Shown: positions 10,601 through 19,735, counted from the stretch's first letter. The stretch is 64,000 bases of DNA from an uncultured Bdellovibrio sp. (GCA_963932905.1 CAWVRN010000002.1:32001-96000), one strand, 5' to 3'. Notes: a model not told the origin generated them from the sequence alone. Numbers and translations: made by a program.

Positions 10601-10779
10601 TCTTCAGGTGCCATACCATGCGATTCCGTGACGATCGTTACCGTAGGTTTAGTGATGTCGGGAAAGACATCAATTGGTAAATTTTTAAGAGTGATTGAAC
10701 CATACACAATCAGTAATGCCGTCATAGCAATCACCAACAAACGATGGTTCAATGCAAATCTAATAATAGAGTTAAGCAC
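7657..10779 (-). CDS. CusA/CzcA-family heavy-metal efflux RND permease
   Basis: 1040 aa; LPIDVFPD, APEEVE, GLAIAIGELVDDSIVDVENV, ERLVPVVMTA. Confidence 0.93.
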   Translation of the reverse strand: MLNSIIRFALNHRLLVIAMTALLIVYGSITLKNLPIDVFPDITKPTVTIVTESHGMAPEEVETRVTLPIESYLNGIPGVERIRSQSGIGLSAIYVEFEWGTDIYRSRQLVQEKLNLSKERLPKDITPIMGPIGSLMGQIQQIALTTDSNQISPMELRNLAEWVVRPRLMTIQGVSQVIAIGGGLKQYQVLVSAEKMNRYQLTMEQLNKVLSQISQNTTGGFLEKSGQEFLVRNIGIVEDIDDIKQSLIGMHFGKPIRVSDIAEVVEAPRLKRGDGSFNGNPSVVLTIQKQPGADTISITKAVEKAITDVSPSLPKGVVIHTDVFKQSNFIEASINGIQGKLKFGTILVFIVLFVFLANLRMSVITLTAIPVSFLVTAIVFNFFGLTVNTMTLGGLAIAIGELVDDSIVDVENVFRRLRENSLSSNPKSALKVVFEASSEIRNSIVLATVIIAMVFFPLFNLTGLEGRLFTPLGVAYLTALISSLVVSLTLTPVLCSYFLKGKPKEHRDTKLVIALKNLDRRILNWSLNHSNIVLAGSAGLLIFAVGLVPFMGRDFLPQFNEGTAMISIIAKPGISLAESNKLGKKAEKLILETKEIKSASRRTGRAELDEHAMGVNVSEIDVDFNPNGRPRDVVLEEIRNNLKTQIPGVGVNVGQPISHLIDHMLSGVSAAIAIKIFGPDLTLLRQKAAELHTAIKDTQGLVDLKIEQQGLIPQIKIKVLRPEAAAFGLSPGEVTELLEVAFNGETVAQVIEDTRLYDVFFQFDENSRGSMEKMEETVLKIMPDGRKVRLKDVADVYETTGPNEINRENSQRRIVISANVSKRDLGSLVEEIQNKVKSKVVLPEGYYVVYGGQFESQQTATQKIALFGLISILGIAMVLFSHFRSTTIMAQIMATIPLAFIGGIILLYVTDKTITVASLVGFITLCGVASRNGIMMISHYLHLMKYENESFSKEMIIRGSQERLVPVVMTACVASLALLPLVFAKGHAGSEVLYPVAVVIVGGLISSTILDIIVTPTLFFRFGRKSAEHYINDNNKTEEI

Positions 10780-10843
10780 AGTGTCCCCTTATAGAGCTAA
10801 AGTAGTAAGTATTTGAATGCTTCTAATTGTTAAGAAATAACAA

Positions 10844-11188
10844 TTAAGCTCGAGGAGGTTGAAAAGGTCCGTCTAAGGTTGGAGATTTCTTTGCGGAAAA
10901 TAAAGTATCTTCATGAACAACAGAAGTTACTTCTAATAAAATAAAACGATCACTTTTGGCTAACGCTGTTATTGGATTGCAACCATTCATACGGTGCTGT
11001 GGACACGCACACTCGCTACCGCAATCAGATTTCTTACTATGTGACTCTTCATCGCTATGTTGGTGGCTAACAGAATTTGATTCAGAGGAATGACCGCATG
11101 AATGAGCATGATACGGTTTAAAAAATAACGCCAAAATCATAAAACAAAGTGAAAGTATAAATAAAGTTTTAAACTGGTTTTGGCGCAT
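10844..11188 (-). CDS. Small His/Cys-rich exported protein / putative metal-responsive leader (DUF2946/CzcI-like architecture)
   Basis: N-terminal hydrophobic helix, HAHSCGH, HQH, ECACPQH, C-terminal FQPPRA; directly upstream of the RND permease. Confidence 0.55.
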   Translation of the reverse strand: MRQNQFKTLFILSLCFMILALFFKPYHAHSCGHSSESNSVSHQHSDEESHSKKSDCGSECACPQHRMNGCNPITALAKSDRFILLEVTSVVHEDTLFSAKKSPTLDGPFQPPRA

Positions 11189-11251
11189 TTATATCTAAAG
11201 GTTAGGTTTTAAAGTCTCAAAAGTCAATTTGGTCGCACCTATATGAGACGT

Positions 11252-12037
11252 TTACCAAAGTTTTCCTTCAATCGACAAATAAACTAGAGTTTGATTCTCT
11301 GTCCCCGGATTTGGACCTATCGTAGACGGCAATGCTAAACCCGGCACGATTTGCCATTCACCAATGTCGATTCCGTAGCGAATACTAGGGCTTACAATGA
11401 ATTGTGACCCCCATTCCGTTTGGTTCTTGCCAGTCGTAGTTTCTTTTTGGGATGAGGCAAATTCTAACATGAAGTTGAAACTGTCTGTTAACAGGTACAC
11501 ATTGCTTAAATTCCAGAAAAATCGATTGTTATCGGCGGTATCGCCACTAGCGATTTTCGCTTTGGGAGTGTGCGAGGCACCAACATTCCAGTGCTGAACC
11601 CACTTTTCGGAAATTTTAACAGAGGTAACTAAGGAGGCTTCGTAACTACTTACACCGGCTCCTAAACCGTCCTCGAATTTACCAGTGGTTGTTACATAAC
11701 TTAAACGACCCGTAGTTGTGAATTTTTCGTTGCCGTAAATTTCATAACGATAGTTAAGTTTAATATCGCCGAGTCCTGTTTTATCTGTGGATTCGACGTG
11801 GCTATAAGGAAGTTCATACGAAAACTGGTGATCGCGTGATAAAATCGGAAGTTCGTTAATGAAAACGTAATTCCAATCTTTTGTTTTATTAGATTTTTGG
11901 TATACGTTGATGAATTGAACAACGCCCGGATCTTGATTGTAGGCTTCTTCAACTAGAAATGAGTTGTCTTCAACTGGTTCTGCTAGTGATAGAAATGAAA
12001 AACACGAAATAAGAACTAAAATTTTAGTAAAATTCAT
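11252..12037 (-). CDS. Putative outer membrane beta-barrel channel (MetA-pathway/phenol-degradation-like)
   Basis: Signal peptide, EDNSFLVEEAYNQ, GLGDIKLNYRY, amphipathic strands, terminal W. Confidence 0.6.
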   Translation of the reverse strand: MNFTKILVLISCFSFLSLAEPVEDNSFLVEEAYNQDPGVVQFINVYQKSNKTKDWNYVFINELPILSRDHQFSYELPYSHVESTDKTGLGDIKLNYRYEIYGNEKFTTTGRLSYVTTTGKFEDGLGAGVSSYEASLVTSVKISEKWVQHWNVGASHTPKAKIASGDTADNNRFFWNLSNVYLLTDSFNFMLEFASSQKETTTGKNQTEWGSQFIVSPSIRYGIDIGEWQIVPGLALPSTIGPNPGTENQTLVYLSIEGKLW

Positions 12038-12106
12038 ATGATGGCTCCCCTTAAGTAAAAACTGTAACGTTTATAACTTTGTTTGAGTAGCCAAGATTTC
12101 TTGAAT

Positions 12107-12268
12107 CTAATCTTTAGGCTTACGTACGGAGCTCATCATGATCCCCAGTAAACCCAGCGTGAAAAAAGCGGCGATGATGGGATCGTGGGGATTCATTTTG
12201 TAAAATCCGAATCCCCCTATTAGACAAAGGGCTGTAAGAAGTAAGATTTTGAATCTTTTAATTGCCAC
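12107..12268 (-). CDS. Small 53-aa membrane protein with two hydrophobic segments
   Basis: Hand-found ORF MAIKRFKILLLTALCLIGGFGFYKMNPHDPIIAAFFTLGLLGIMMSSVRKPKD; its GTG overlaps the TAG of the upstream nuclease; AGGA RBS. Confidence 0.55.
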   Translation of the reverse strand: MAIKRFKILLLTALCLIGGFGFYKMNPHDPIIAAFFTLGLLGIMMSSVRKPKD

Positions 12269-13365
12269 TATTTTCCTACTTCAGATTTTTTAAGTTCTGT
12301 TTTTCCAGTGTAGTCCGGTGGAATAAAGTCGGGAGTATGTGGATATCTAAAACTTTTGTATGCTTGCAAAGAGGGTGATCCCGCATCGTGATACGATTGA
12401 TCCCAGAGGTGAGCGAGCGCTACTGCTGAACGAGCCATATGAAGAACGATTAGGTCTTTAAATTTTTTAAAGCCCACTTCGGCAGGGCTGCGTTCTGCAG
12501 GAGTTTTAATGTCCATTCCCTTATCGCTTTTAATTTCAGATTTTTTCAATACCGGATCTAGCTTTAAGACTTTTTCGATATCTTTAGCAGCTAGTGTATT
12601 TAAGTGCTGCATGATTTCGATCGTTGTTCCACTTGTTAATTTCGCGTCTTTAATTGTCTTGGCTTTATCCGCGATTAACTTTTGCATATCCGGACCAAAG
12701 TAAGCGACGGTTTGTTCTTCATAGTAAGAATGAATTCCGCCATGCTGAGCTTTCCAGCCGTCATGATCGGATGTAGCGTGAAATGGCTGAGAGGCATCGC
12801 CGACGTAATGTCCCATGATACCCATATATTGGATCATGCTAAAGACTGCTTGGTTGTAGGGAAGTTTGTCGTCTTGTTCTTCTTTATAATTTTTCGGAGT
12901 TACAATATTTGAAAATGAAGGTTTTAATTCAGTGATTAAACGGAAAAATTGATCTGCCCGCCACCACAAGGAACCCATTTCTTTAGGAATAGAAAAGATT
13001 TTGTTCCCGTTGTTTTTAAAAAGATTTTCTGTGCCCGTGTATTTTTCCATAATGGATTTGTAGTCTTTAGGCAGGGTCGAAGCATCCATTCCAATAATTT
13101 CAGGATCTATGTAGTGTGTGGGATTGCCAACTTCGCCGACATCGGGTCCCAGCGATTTCCAGTAAATGTCAGGAATGTTGCAAAGGTGACCCATGCTATG
13201 CATACGAAATCTTAAAAACGGACGAAGTGCATCGTCTTTTACTAAGTGAGTAGCCGCGATACAAATCTCATGATGTCCGCGGTTTCCCCAAGAGAAGGCT
13301 TTTTCAGAAAAAAAAGATGTTATTAAAACAAGAACACCGATTTTAGAAATTGTAGAAATATGCAT
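12268..13365 (-). CDS. Secreted S1/P1 nuclease / zinc-dependent phospholipase C fold protein
   Basis: Signal peptide ending AFS, then mature WGNRGH; HYID, GHYVGDASQPFH and GIHSYYE zinc-ligand motifs. Confidence 0.8.
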   Translation of the reverse strand: MHISTISKIGVLVLITSFFSEKAFSWGNRGHHEICIAATHLVKDDALRPFLRFRMHSMGHLCNIPDIYWKSLGPDVGEVGNPTHYIDPEIIGMDASTLPKDYKSIMEKYTGTENLFKNNGNKIFSIPKEMGSLWWRADQFFRLITELKPSFSNIVTPKNYKEEQDDKLPYNQAVFSMIQYMGIMGHYVGDASQPFHATSDHDGWKAQHGGIHSYYEEQTVAYFGPDMQKLIADKAKTIKDAKLTSGTTIEIMQHLNTLAAKDIEKVLKLDPVLKKSEIKSDKGMDIKTPAERSPAEVGFKKFKDLIVLHMARSAVALAHLWDQSYHDAGSPSLQAYKSFRYPHTPDFIPPDYTGKTELKKSEVGK

Positions 13366-13372
13366 GAATACC

Positions 13373-13403
13373 TCGATCCTTGATTTATGATATCAAGGAT
13401 CGA
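13373..13403. promoter_or_regulatory. 12-bp perfect inverted repeat overlapping the nuclease RBS
   Basis: TCGATCCTTGAT-N7-ATCAAGGATCGA; no U tract on the coding strand. Confidence 0.45.
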
Positions 13404-13518
13404 AAAATTCAAGCAGTAATCACCATTGAAATCCTTGCTCATAACAGAATCCTGACGAACGCGCGGTGAAAGCTTGCTCAGAAACGATATGCAAATCGCC
13501 TTATAGTAATAAAGAAAT

Positions 13519-14394
13519 CTATCGTTTACCTAAATAAGCCGGAGCCTGGCTACGACCAAAAAAGCCAGCCAGCAATACGATAGTCAACACGTAGGGAAGA
13601 ATTTGAATCCACTGAACTGGAATTATAAATCCATTGATAGGTACACCTTGCAGGCGAATCTGAAGAGCATCAAAAATTCCAAATACTAAACAACCGACAA
13701 GTGTAGGCACCGGCTTCCATTTACCAAGAATCAAGGCACTCAAGGCAATGAAACCACGACCACCAGTCATCAAAGGTGAATAGGCCGACGATAAAAATAA
13801 AGATAAACTAGCGCCGCCCAAGGCCGCTAGTCCGCCGCACAGGAAAACACTGATCCATCTGACTTTTTCAACAGAAACTCCGCAAGCGGTTAATCCATCA
13901 GGATATTCGCCAGCGAACTGAATCCAATAACCCCAGCGGGTTTTGGAAATCAGAAAATAAATTCCAATCACAACAGCAAAGGCAAACGCAGTTACTTCGT
14001 AAGATAATCGAAGTTCAATAGGAATAGGCGGCGTTGAGCCCGTAGAATTAAAAATAAATTTAGTCAGAAACGGAATCAAACCCATCATTAAAAAATTAAA
14101 ACCAGTTCCCGCAACGATCGCGTCTGTTTTTAACCGAACTACTAGCAAACTAAATAGTAAGCTAGCGAAAGCACCGCACATGAAGGCCATTAAAAAACCA
14201 AGGTAGGATGAGTGCGTAATATGTGCGAATACGGCGCCAGAGAATGCTCCGGCCAACATAAATCCTTCAAGGCCAATTTGTACTACACCCGATTTTTCAC
14301 TTAGCAAACCCGCTTGGGCCGCAAAAATTAGCGGAGTTGAAACTCGTAGGGCACTGAGAACAAAACCTAAAGAAAAAATATCGATTTCGCCCAT
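13519..14394 (-). CDS. Nucleoside/sugar ABC transporter permease (BPD_transp_2)
   Basis: SEKSGVVQIGLEG, GRGFIAL, ILPYVLT. Confidence 0.9.
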   Translation of the reverse strand: MGEIDIFSLGFVLSALRVSTPLIFAAQAGLLSEKSGVVQIGLEGFMLAGAFSGAVFAHITHSSYLGFLMAFMCGAFASLLFSLLVVRLKTDAIVAGTGFNFLMMGLIPFLTKFIFNSTGSTPPIPIELRLSYEVTAFAFAVVIGIYFLISKTRWGYWIQFAGEYPDGLTACGVSVEKVRWISVFLCGGLAALGGASLSLFLSSAYSPLMTGGRGFIALSALILGKWKPVPTLVGCLVFGIFDALQIRLQGVPINGFIIPVQWIQILPYVLTIVLLAGFFGRSQAPAYLGKR

Positions 14395-14395
14395 G

Positions 14396-15457
14396 TTACA
14401 TATTTCCTGAAGAGTTTATTTTTTTCTTTTTAAAGAAACCAAAATTCACGCCGTATTTATTTAAGTAATACTGAAGACCGACGCCAAATAAAACCATAGC
14501 TTGAATAATTTTAGAGAAATCTTTCGTGATCGTTTCAGTTTCAATATCTAGATCGCTGGCACCTTTATGAAACAAGGACATGATAAATGCATTGGCAATA
14601 ATTCCAAGGGGATGATTGTTTGACATAAGTGCCACCGCTATCCCCATAAACCCAAATTCAGGCGAGAATCCAATTTTGTATTGCCCGCTGTAGCCAATAA
14701 CTTCATTCATTCCTGCACCGCTAGCCAAAACGCCAGATAAGACTAAACTAATCACGACAAATTTCTTAGATGAAATAGAAGCGCGCTCCGCCGCTGATGG
14801 GTTTTCGCCCACGGCAATCATTTCGTATCCCAATACGGATTTAGTGAAAAAGAAATACATTCCGACCGCAGTTAGAATGGCGATAATAAAGAATAGGTTG
14901 ACCGGCGATTCTGGTAATAGCTTATTTAAAAAATCAAACGAATTTGTCCTGAACGCATCGCTAATTACAGCGCTTTCCGGATTTTGCGAATCAGGGTTTT
15001 GTAGCTTTTGCGAAATAAAATAACTAGAAATACCTGCCGATACAAAGTTCAGCATCATAGTGACGATGACTTCATGGCTGCCGCGATAGGCTTTCAACAG
15101 GCCGGGGATCGCGCCCCAAATTGCACCCGATAAAATGCCAACCAATAATATCATCAATAAACTGCCAGGAAATGTAATGCCTGGGTACGAAGTCGCAAAT
15201 ACAACCATACAGAGTGCACTAAAATTCAATTGCCCTTCGGCACCGATATTAAACAATCCTGATTTGAATGCGGTGGACACCGATAAACCCGTGAAAATCA
15301 GCGAGGTCATGTAAAACAAAGTTAAACCGAAATCATATTTACTGCCAAAACTGCTGCGTATTAGGATTTCCAAGATATGAAGAGGATTTTCGCCTGCCAG
15401 TAAGACAATCATCAGGGCGCAGAATAAGCCGAATAGGAATCCAAAGAATGACTTCAT
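14396..15457 (-). CDS. Nucleoside/sugar ABC transporter permease
   Basis: GLFNIGAEGQ, EVIVTMMLNF, GFMGIAVA. Confidence 0.9.
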   Translation of the reverse strand: MKSFFGFLFGLFCALMIVLLAGENPLHILEILIRSSFGSKYDFGLTLFYMTSLIFTGLSVSTAFKSGLFNIGAEGQLNFSALCMVVFATSYPGITFPGSLLMILLVGILSGAIWGAIPGLLKAYRGSHEVIVTMMLNFVSAGISSYFISQKLQNPDSQNPESAVISDAFRTNSFDFLNKLLPESPVNLFFIIAILTAVGMYFFFTKSVLGYEMIAVGENPSAAERASISSKKFVVISLVLSGVLASGAGMNEVIGYSGQYKIGFSPEFGFMGIAVALMSNNHPLGIIANAFIMSLFHKGASDLDIETETITKDFSKIIQAMVLFGVGLQYYLNKYGVNFGFFKKKKINSSGNM

Positions 15458-16974
15458 TGCACGACTCCAAGCATACTACGGCCAATTTCTTTTTCGCTGA
15501 AGTTAGCTCGAATTTGTTCGCCCATGATTTTTCCATTACGTACAACTAAAATACGATCAGATAGTTTTAATAATTCATCAAGCTCGCTAGAGATCAGTAA
15601 GACGCCTTTGCCTTTTTCTTGGGCTTGAATCAGTTGTTCGTGAATCAATTCAATAGCACCTATATCAACCCCGCGTGTCGGGTGAGCCGCGATGATAATT
15701 TCAGGATCGTGAAACAGTTCACGTGCGACGACGATCTTTTGCTGGTTACCACCAGAGAAAGCGTTGAAGTCTAGATTGATGTTGTTGGGTTCAACTTTAA
15801 ATTTGTCGAACATCGATTGAGTCAGCGTTTTAATTTTGGCCCAATCTAACGCGCCTTTAGAAAACCACTTCGATTTTCTTTGATAACCTAAGATGAAATT
15901 TTGAAATGCTTTTAATTCTGGAAGTACACCCAACTTCAAACGATCTTCAGGAAAAATCCCGATGGGTAATTCACGGGTACCGTACGCGCCCAGTGTCTGA
16001 GCATCTTTACCCAAAATCGTGGCTTTGCCGGTATAATCATATTTTTTAGAATTCAAAATAAACGGAATCAGTTTTTCTTGACCGTGTCCTTCGATACCTG
16101 CGATTCCTAGGATTTCACCACGGTGAAGTGTCAAATTTAAATGAAAATCTTTGTTTTCGTCCTTGAACTGTACGTTATCTAGTTTCAATAATTCTTCTTC
16201 GCCCGTGAATTTTTCAAACGCGCGCTTTTCAAACGAAACGGGTTTGCCCACCATTCGTGATGCCATTTCTTTTTCATCTAGTTCGCTTGCGGGATAAGTC
16301 CCAACCATTTGGCCTTTGCGGAAAATAGTGATGGTGTCAGCGATACGTTTTACTTCTTTTAATTTATGAGTGATCAGAATGACGGTCTTGCCTTGGTTTT
16401 TTAGTTCCAGCAATTGATTCAATAGCTCGTCAATTTCATGCGGAGTAAGTACCGCCGTCGGTTCATCGAAAATCAAAATCTGATTATCCAGACAAAGCAG
16501 TTTTAAAATTTCAATTTTCTGCTGAATCCCAACACCTAGGTCGCGAACTAATGTATCCCAAGGGATATCAAACTTATATAGTTTTGCCGTAGCTTTGATC
16601 TTTTCGATTTTATCTTTTTTAAAATAGGGCTCTAAGGCTTTTTGGTTCGGATCCACAAGAAGGACATTTTCTAAAGCCGTGTGGGCTGGGCTTAGCATGA
16701 AATGCTGATGAACCATACCGATTTTGTATTTCATAGCATCGATTGGGGAACTAAAACGAACTTCTTTGGAATTTACTTTTATTAATCCCGCATCGGCAGA
16801 ATAAATCCCGAATAGGATCTTCATGATAGTAGACTTGCCAGCGCCGTTCTCGCCAATGATGGCATGAATGGTGTTACGTTGAATGCCGAAGGAAATATCT
16901 CGATTGGCCCATACGTTGCCAAAGCGTTTACCTACGTTCGAGAATTCAATTTCTGGACCAGAGTTAATTTCCAT
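15454..16974 (-). CDS. Nucleoside ABC transporter ATPase (two NBDs)
   Basis: GENGAGKST, FDEPTAVL, SGGNQQK, HPTRGVD. Confidence 0.92.
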   Translation of the reverse strand: MEINSGPEIEFSNVGKRFGNVWANRDISFGIQRNTIHAIIGENGAGKSTIMKILFGIYSADAGLIKVNSKEVRFSSPIDAMKYKIGMVHQHFMLSPAHTALENVLLVDPNQKALEPYFKKDKIEKIKATAKLYKFDIPWDTLVRDLGVGIQQKIEILKLLCLDNQILIFDEPTAVLTPHEIDELLNQLLELKNQGKTVILITHKLKEVKRIADTITIFRKGQMVGTYPASELDEKEMASRMVGKPVSFEKRAFEKFTGEEELLKLDNVQFKDENKDFHLNLTLHRGEILGIAGIEGHGQEKLIPFILNSKKYDYTGKATILGKDAQTLGAYGTRELPIGIFPEDRLKLGVLPELKAFQNFILGYQRKSKWFSKGALDWAKIKTLTQSMFDKFKVEPNNINLDFNAFSGGNQQKIVVARELFHDPEIIIAAHPTRGVDIGAIELIHEQLIQAQEKGKGVLLISSELDELLKLSDRILVVRNGKIMGEQIRANFSEKEIGRSMLGVVQ

Positions 16975-16984
16975 TAGAACTTTC

Positions 16985-17019
16985 TAGAGTTTGTTTTAAG
17001 TCTACGTAAACAAACTCTA
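16985..17019. promoter_or_regulatory. Intercistronic stem-loop between the binding-protein and ATPase genes
   Basis: 12-bp arms TAGAGTTTGTTT / AAACAAACTCTA; typical position for an mRNA-stabilising or attenuating hairpin in ABC operons. Confidence 0.5.
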
Positions 17020-17038
17020 AGCTGAATTCAAAATCAGA

Positions 17039-18022
17039 TTACTTTTTTTTCATCAAATAAAAATCAGGAACAACGATTTTACCAGAAACGATATCGGCTT
17101 TGATGGCATCCAATTTTTTAACATCGTCTTTTGTGACGAGCTTTTCATTGTATTTATCCATAGCGTAATCTATGCCTTTGTCTTTCAAACCATAGCGAAC
17201 CGTGCCCGACGTGAATTTGCCATCTTTTAAATCTTTGATCGTTGCATACACGCCTTGATCTACGCGTTTAAGCATGGATGTTAAGATAAATCCTGGTTTC
17301 ATCCAGTTTTGATTGCTGTCAACACCAATAGCGAGTTTCTTTTTCTCTTCAGCGGCATCGAATACGCCGGAATTAGACGCACCGGCGGCTACGAAAATAA
17401 TATCGGCACCTTGTTGATATTGGTTCAGTGCTAGCTCTTTCGCTTTAGCGGGATTGTTCCAAGAATCAGCGGTGATACCGATGTAGTTTTCAAGAACAGT
17501 GAACGACTTATCGAAATGTTTAACACCCGCTTCGTAACCCACAGCAAATCGACGAATTAAAGGAATATCCATTCCACCGATATAGCCCACTTTTTTAGTT
17601 TTAGATTTCATGGCCGCAAGGTAGCCAACAAGGAATGAACCTTGGTGTTCTTCAAACATTAACGAACGAACATTGCTAGCAGACACTTCACCGTCAACTA
17701 TCACAAATTTTGTGTCTGGATTTTGAGCTGCCACTTTTTTAACCGCGTCTTGCTGAGCAAACCCGATTCCAATGACTAGGTCGAATTTCTTCTTTGCGAA
17801 CTGGCGATGTAAATTTTCGATAGAATTTACGTCGGTGGCCTCGACATATTTCAATTCGATCCCTAATTCTTTTTCAGCAAGGGTGGCACCTTGGTAAGCA
17901 GCCGAGTTAAATGACTTATCTTCTTTACCACCTTTGTCTAGAACTAGACCTATTTTTAACTTCTCGGCAGTTTGCCCCAACAGGGCGAAAAAGAACAACG
18001 CTAGGGTGCATTTTATAAACAT
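17039..18022 (-). CDS. BMP/PnrA-family nucleoside ABC substrate-binding protein
   Basis: DKSFN, FEEHQGSFLVG, AIGVDSNQ, SMLKRVD; ATG start chosen at 18022. Confidence 0.9.
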   Translation of the reverse strand: MFIKCTLALFFFALLGQTAEKLKIGLVLDKGGKEDKSFNSAAYQGATLAEKELGIELKYVEATDVNSIENLHRQFAKKKFDLVIGIGFAQQDAVKKVAAQNPDTKFVIVDGEVSASNVRSLMFEEHQGSFLVGYLAAMKSKTKKVGYIGGMDIPLIRRFAVGYEAGVKHFDKSFTVLENYIGITADSWNNPAKAKELALNQYQQGADIIFVAAGASNSGVFDAAEEKKKLAIGVDSNQNWMKPGFILTSMLKRVDQGVYATIKDLKDGKFTSGTVRYGLKDKGIDYAMDKYNEKLVTKDDVKKLDAIKADIVSGKIVVPDFYLMKKK

Positions 18023-18178
18023 TTGATTTTCCAAGGTTATTGGGTTTTTACCCAGGGTTTCTAAGATTTATATTTAAAACTTTAGACTGGGTCAAAGTAT
18101 TAATTGAACTATTATCTGGCAAATTAGTTTAAAAAGATGTAAACCTAATATAGCGTTTATTTATATTTGGAGGTTAAG

Positions 18179-18928
18179 ATGAACGAAACTCTACTGCTCT
18201 CTGGAGGCTACAATAGGCCCAACCTCGCAACTGGACCTGCTTATAGTACTCCGTCGTCTGGCGGCCTCATGCAGCCATTCGAAAAACAAAGCGAAATCCC
18301 TTATGAAATTATTCATGTCAAAGAAGGGGATGTTATCTTTAGGGAAGGCGAACCAACTCGTGGACTGTTCTATGTTCAGTCTGGGTGTATCAAGATGTAT
18401 GTTAACCGTAGTCAGGCACGTGGTCGTACCACAACTCCTGAATATGTGACTAAGCTTGTGGGACCTGGCGAATACTTTGGATACAAATCACTAGTTAAAG
18501 GTGGACCTACTTTAGCGACAGCTAAAGCAATCAAAACATCGACGGTTTGGTTGTACTCTAAAGAAATGGTGCTGTCGGCACTGCAGGATTCAAGTCCTTT
18601 GTTTAAAGTACTTTTGAATCAATCCGTTGCGGATTTAGAAGCTTACGAAATGACAAGTCAGCTTCACTATCTAGCTTCGGTGCAAGAAAGAATTGCGCAT
18701 CAGTTAGTATTGTTGAGCGATAAATTTGGCGTGCAAACTCCAAATGGCGTATCAATCAATTTAAAACTGACTCGTAATGAATTCGCGCAGTTAGCTAGCA
18801 CAATCAATGAATCACTGTCTCGTCATTTGACCGAATTCAAAACCGAAGGTTTGATCGATCTAAACGGGAAAGAAATCATCATCAAGAACCGCGAGGGCTT
18901 GATGGCGAAATCGGGTAACTATAAATAG
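18179..18928 (+). CDS. Crp/Fnr-family transcriptional regulator
   Basis: IFREGE cNMP-binding domain, GEYFG, LTRNEFAQL..ESLSR HTH; GGAGG RBS before ATG 18179. Confidence 0.9.
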   Translation: MNETLLLSGGYNRPNLATGPAYSTPSSGGLMQPFEKQSEIPYEIIHVKEGDVIFREGEPTRGLFYVQSGCIKMYVNRSQARGRTTTPEYVTKLVGPGEYFGYKSLVKGGPTLATAKAIKTSTVWLYSKEMVLSALQDSSPLFKVLLNQSVADLEAYEMTSQLHYLASVQERIAHQLVLLSDKFGVQTPNGVSINLKLTRNEFAQLASTINESLSRHLTEFKTEGLIDLNGKEIIIKNREGLMAKSGNYK

Positions 18929-19024
18929 CGATTCATGAGTAAAAAGTTCCAGCTCGGTGGTCATCCATTACCCATGGGAATTTTCTCTATAGAAATCGGA
19001 AACTATACTGTATAGGTAGTTTCC

Positions 19025-19735
19025 ATGGGAATGACCATAGAGCCAATTGGCGTTTTGGAATCGTGTTATTTAGATAAGTTTGGTACCCCCCGACAGCCGG
19101 GATTGGTGCCGACTTCGTTTGGTCGCATCCGTATTTTTCCCGAATGGCAACCGGCAGATTCTCTGCAAGGGTTAGAAGAATTTTCCCATATCTGGGTGCT
19201 ATTTCATTTTCATCAAAATCAAGTTTCTAGTTTCAAAGCCAAGGTTCATCCTCCTCGTATGGGTGGGCAAAAGATAGGGGTTTTCGCAACAAGGTCGCCT
19301 CATCGTCCAAATCCAATTGGTTTATCGCTAGTAAAATTGGACCGTATTCAAGATGGGTATATCTATATATCTGGGATTGATATTGTCGATGGAACGCCCG
19401 TGTTTGATGTGAAGCCCTATTTAAGCTACGTGGAATCTATACCAGATGCGGTTTCTGGGTGGGTTCAAAAGAAAGTGGACGGGGATATTGAAGTGGCTTT
19501 CCCAGAGGCTTTTGAAAAAAAAATGGCGACTATTCAAAAGAAGCATCCGCAGTTTCGCGAACTTGTGGTCAGCACGTTGAAATTAGACCCACGACCGACA
19601 GTCTACAAAGGCTATGAAGCTGAAAAAAACTCTCCGTATCGTCAAAAGCATGCTGTAAGAATTATCCAGTACGATATTCATTTTGAATTTATTTCCAAGG
19701 ATCAAATTCAAGTTATCGATATAGTTGACCTTTAA
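19025..19735 (+). CDS. tsaA: tRNA (N6-threonylcarbamoyladenosine-37-N6)-methyltransferase TrmO
   Basis: KFGTPRQ, GVFATRSPHRPNPIGLS, DGTPVFDVKPY, DPRP. Confidence 0.92.
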   Translation: MGMTIEPIGVLESCYLDKFGTPRQPGLVPTSFGRIRIFPEWQPADSLQGLEEFSHIWVLFHFHQNQVSSFKAKVHPPRMGGQKIGVFATRSPHRPNPIGLSLVKLDRIQDGYIYISGIDIVDGTPVFDVKPYLSYVESIPDAVSGWVQKKVDGDIEVAFPEAFEKKMATIQKKHPQFRELVVSTLKLDPRPTVYKGYEAEKNSPYRQKHAVRIIQYDIHFEFISKDQIQVIDIVDL

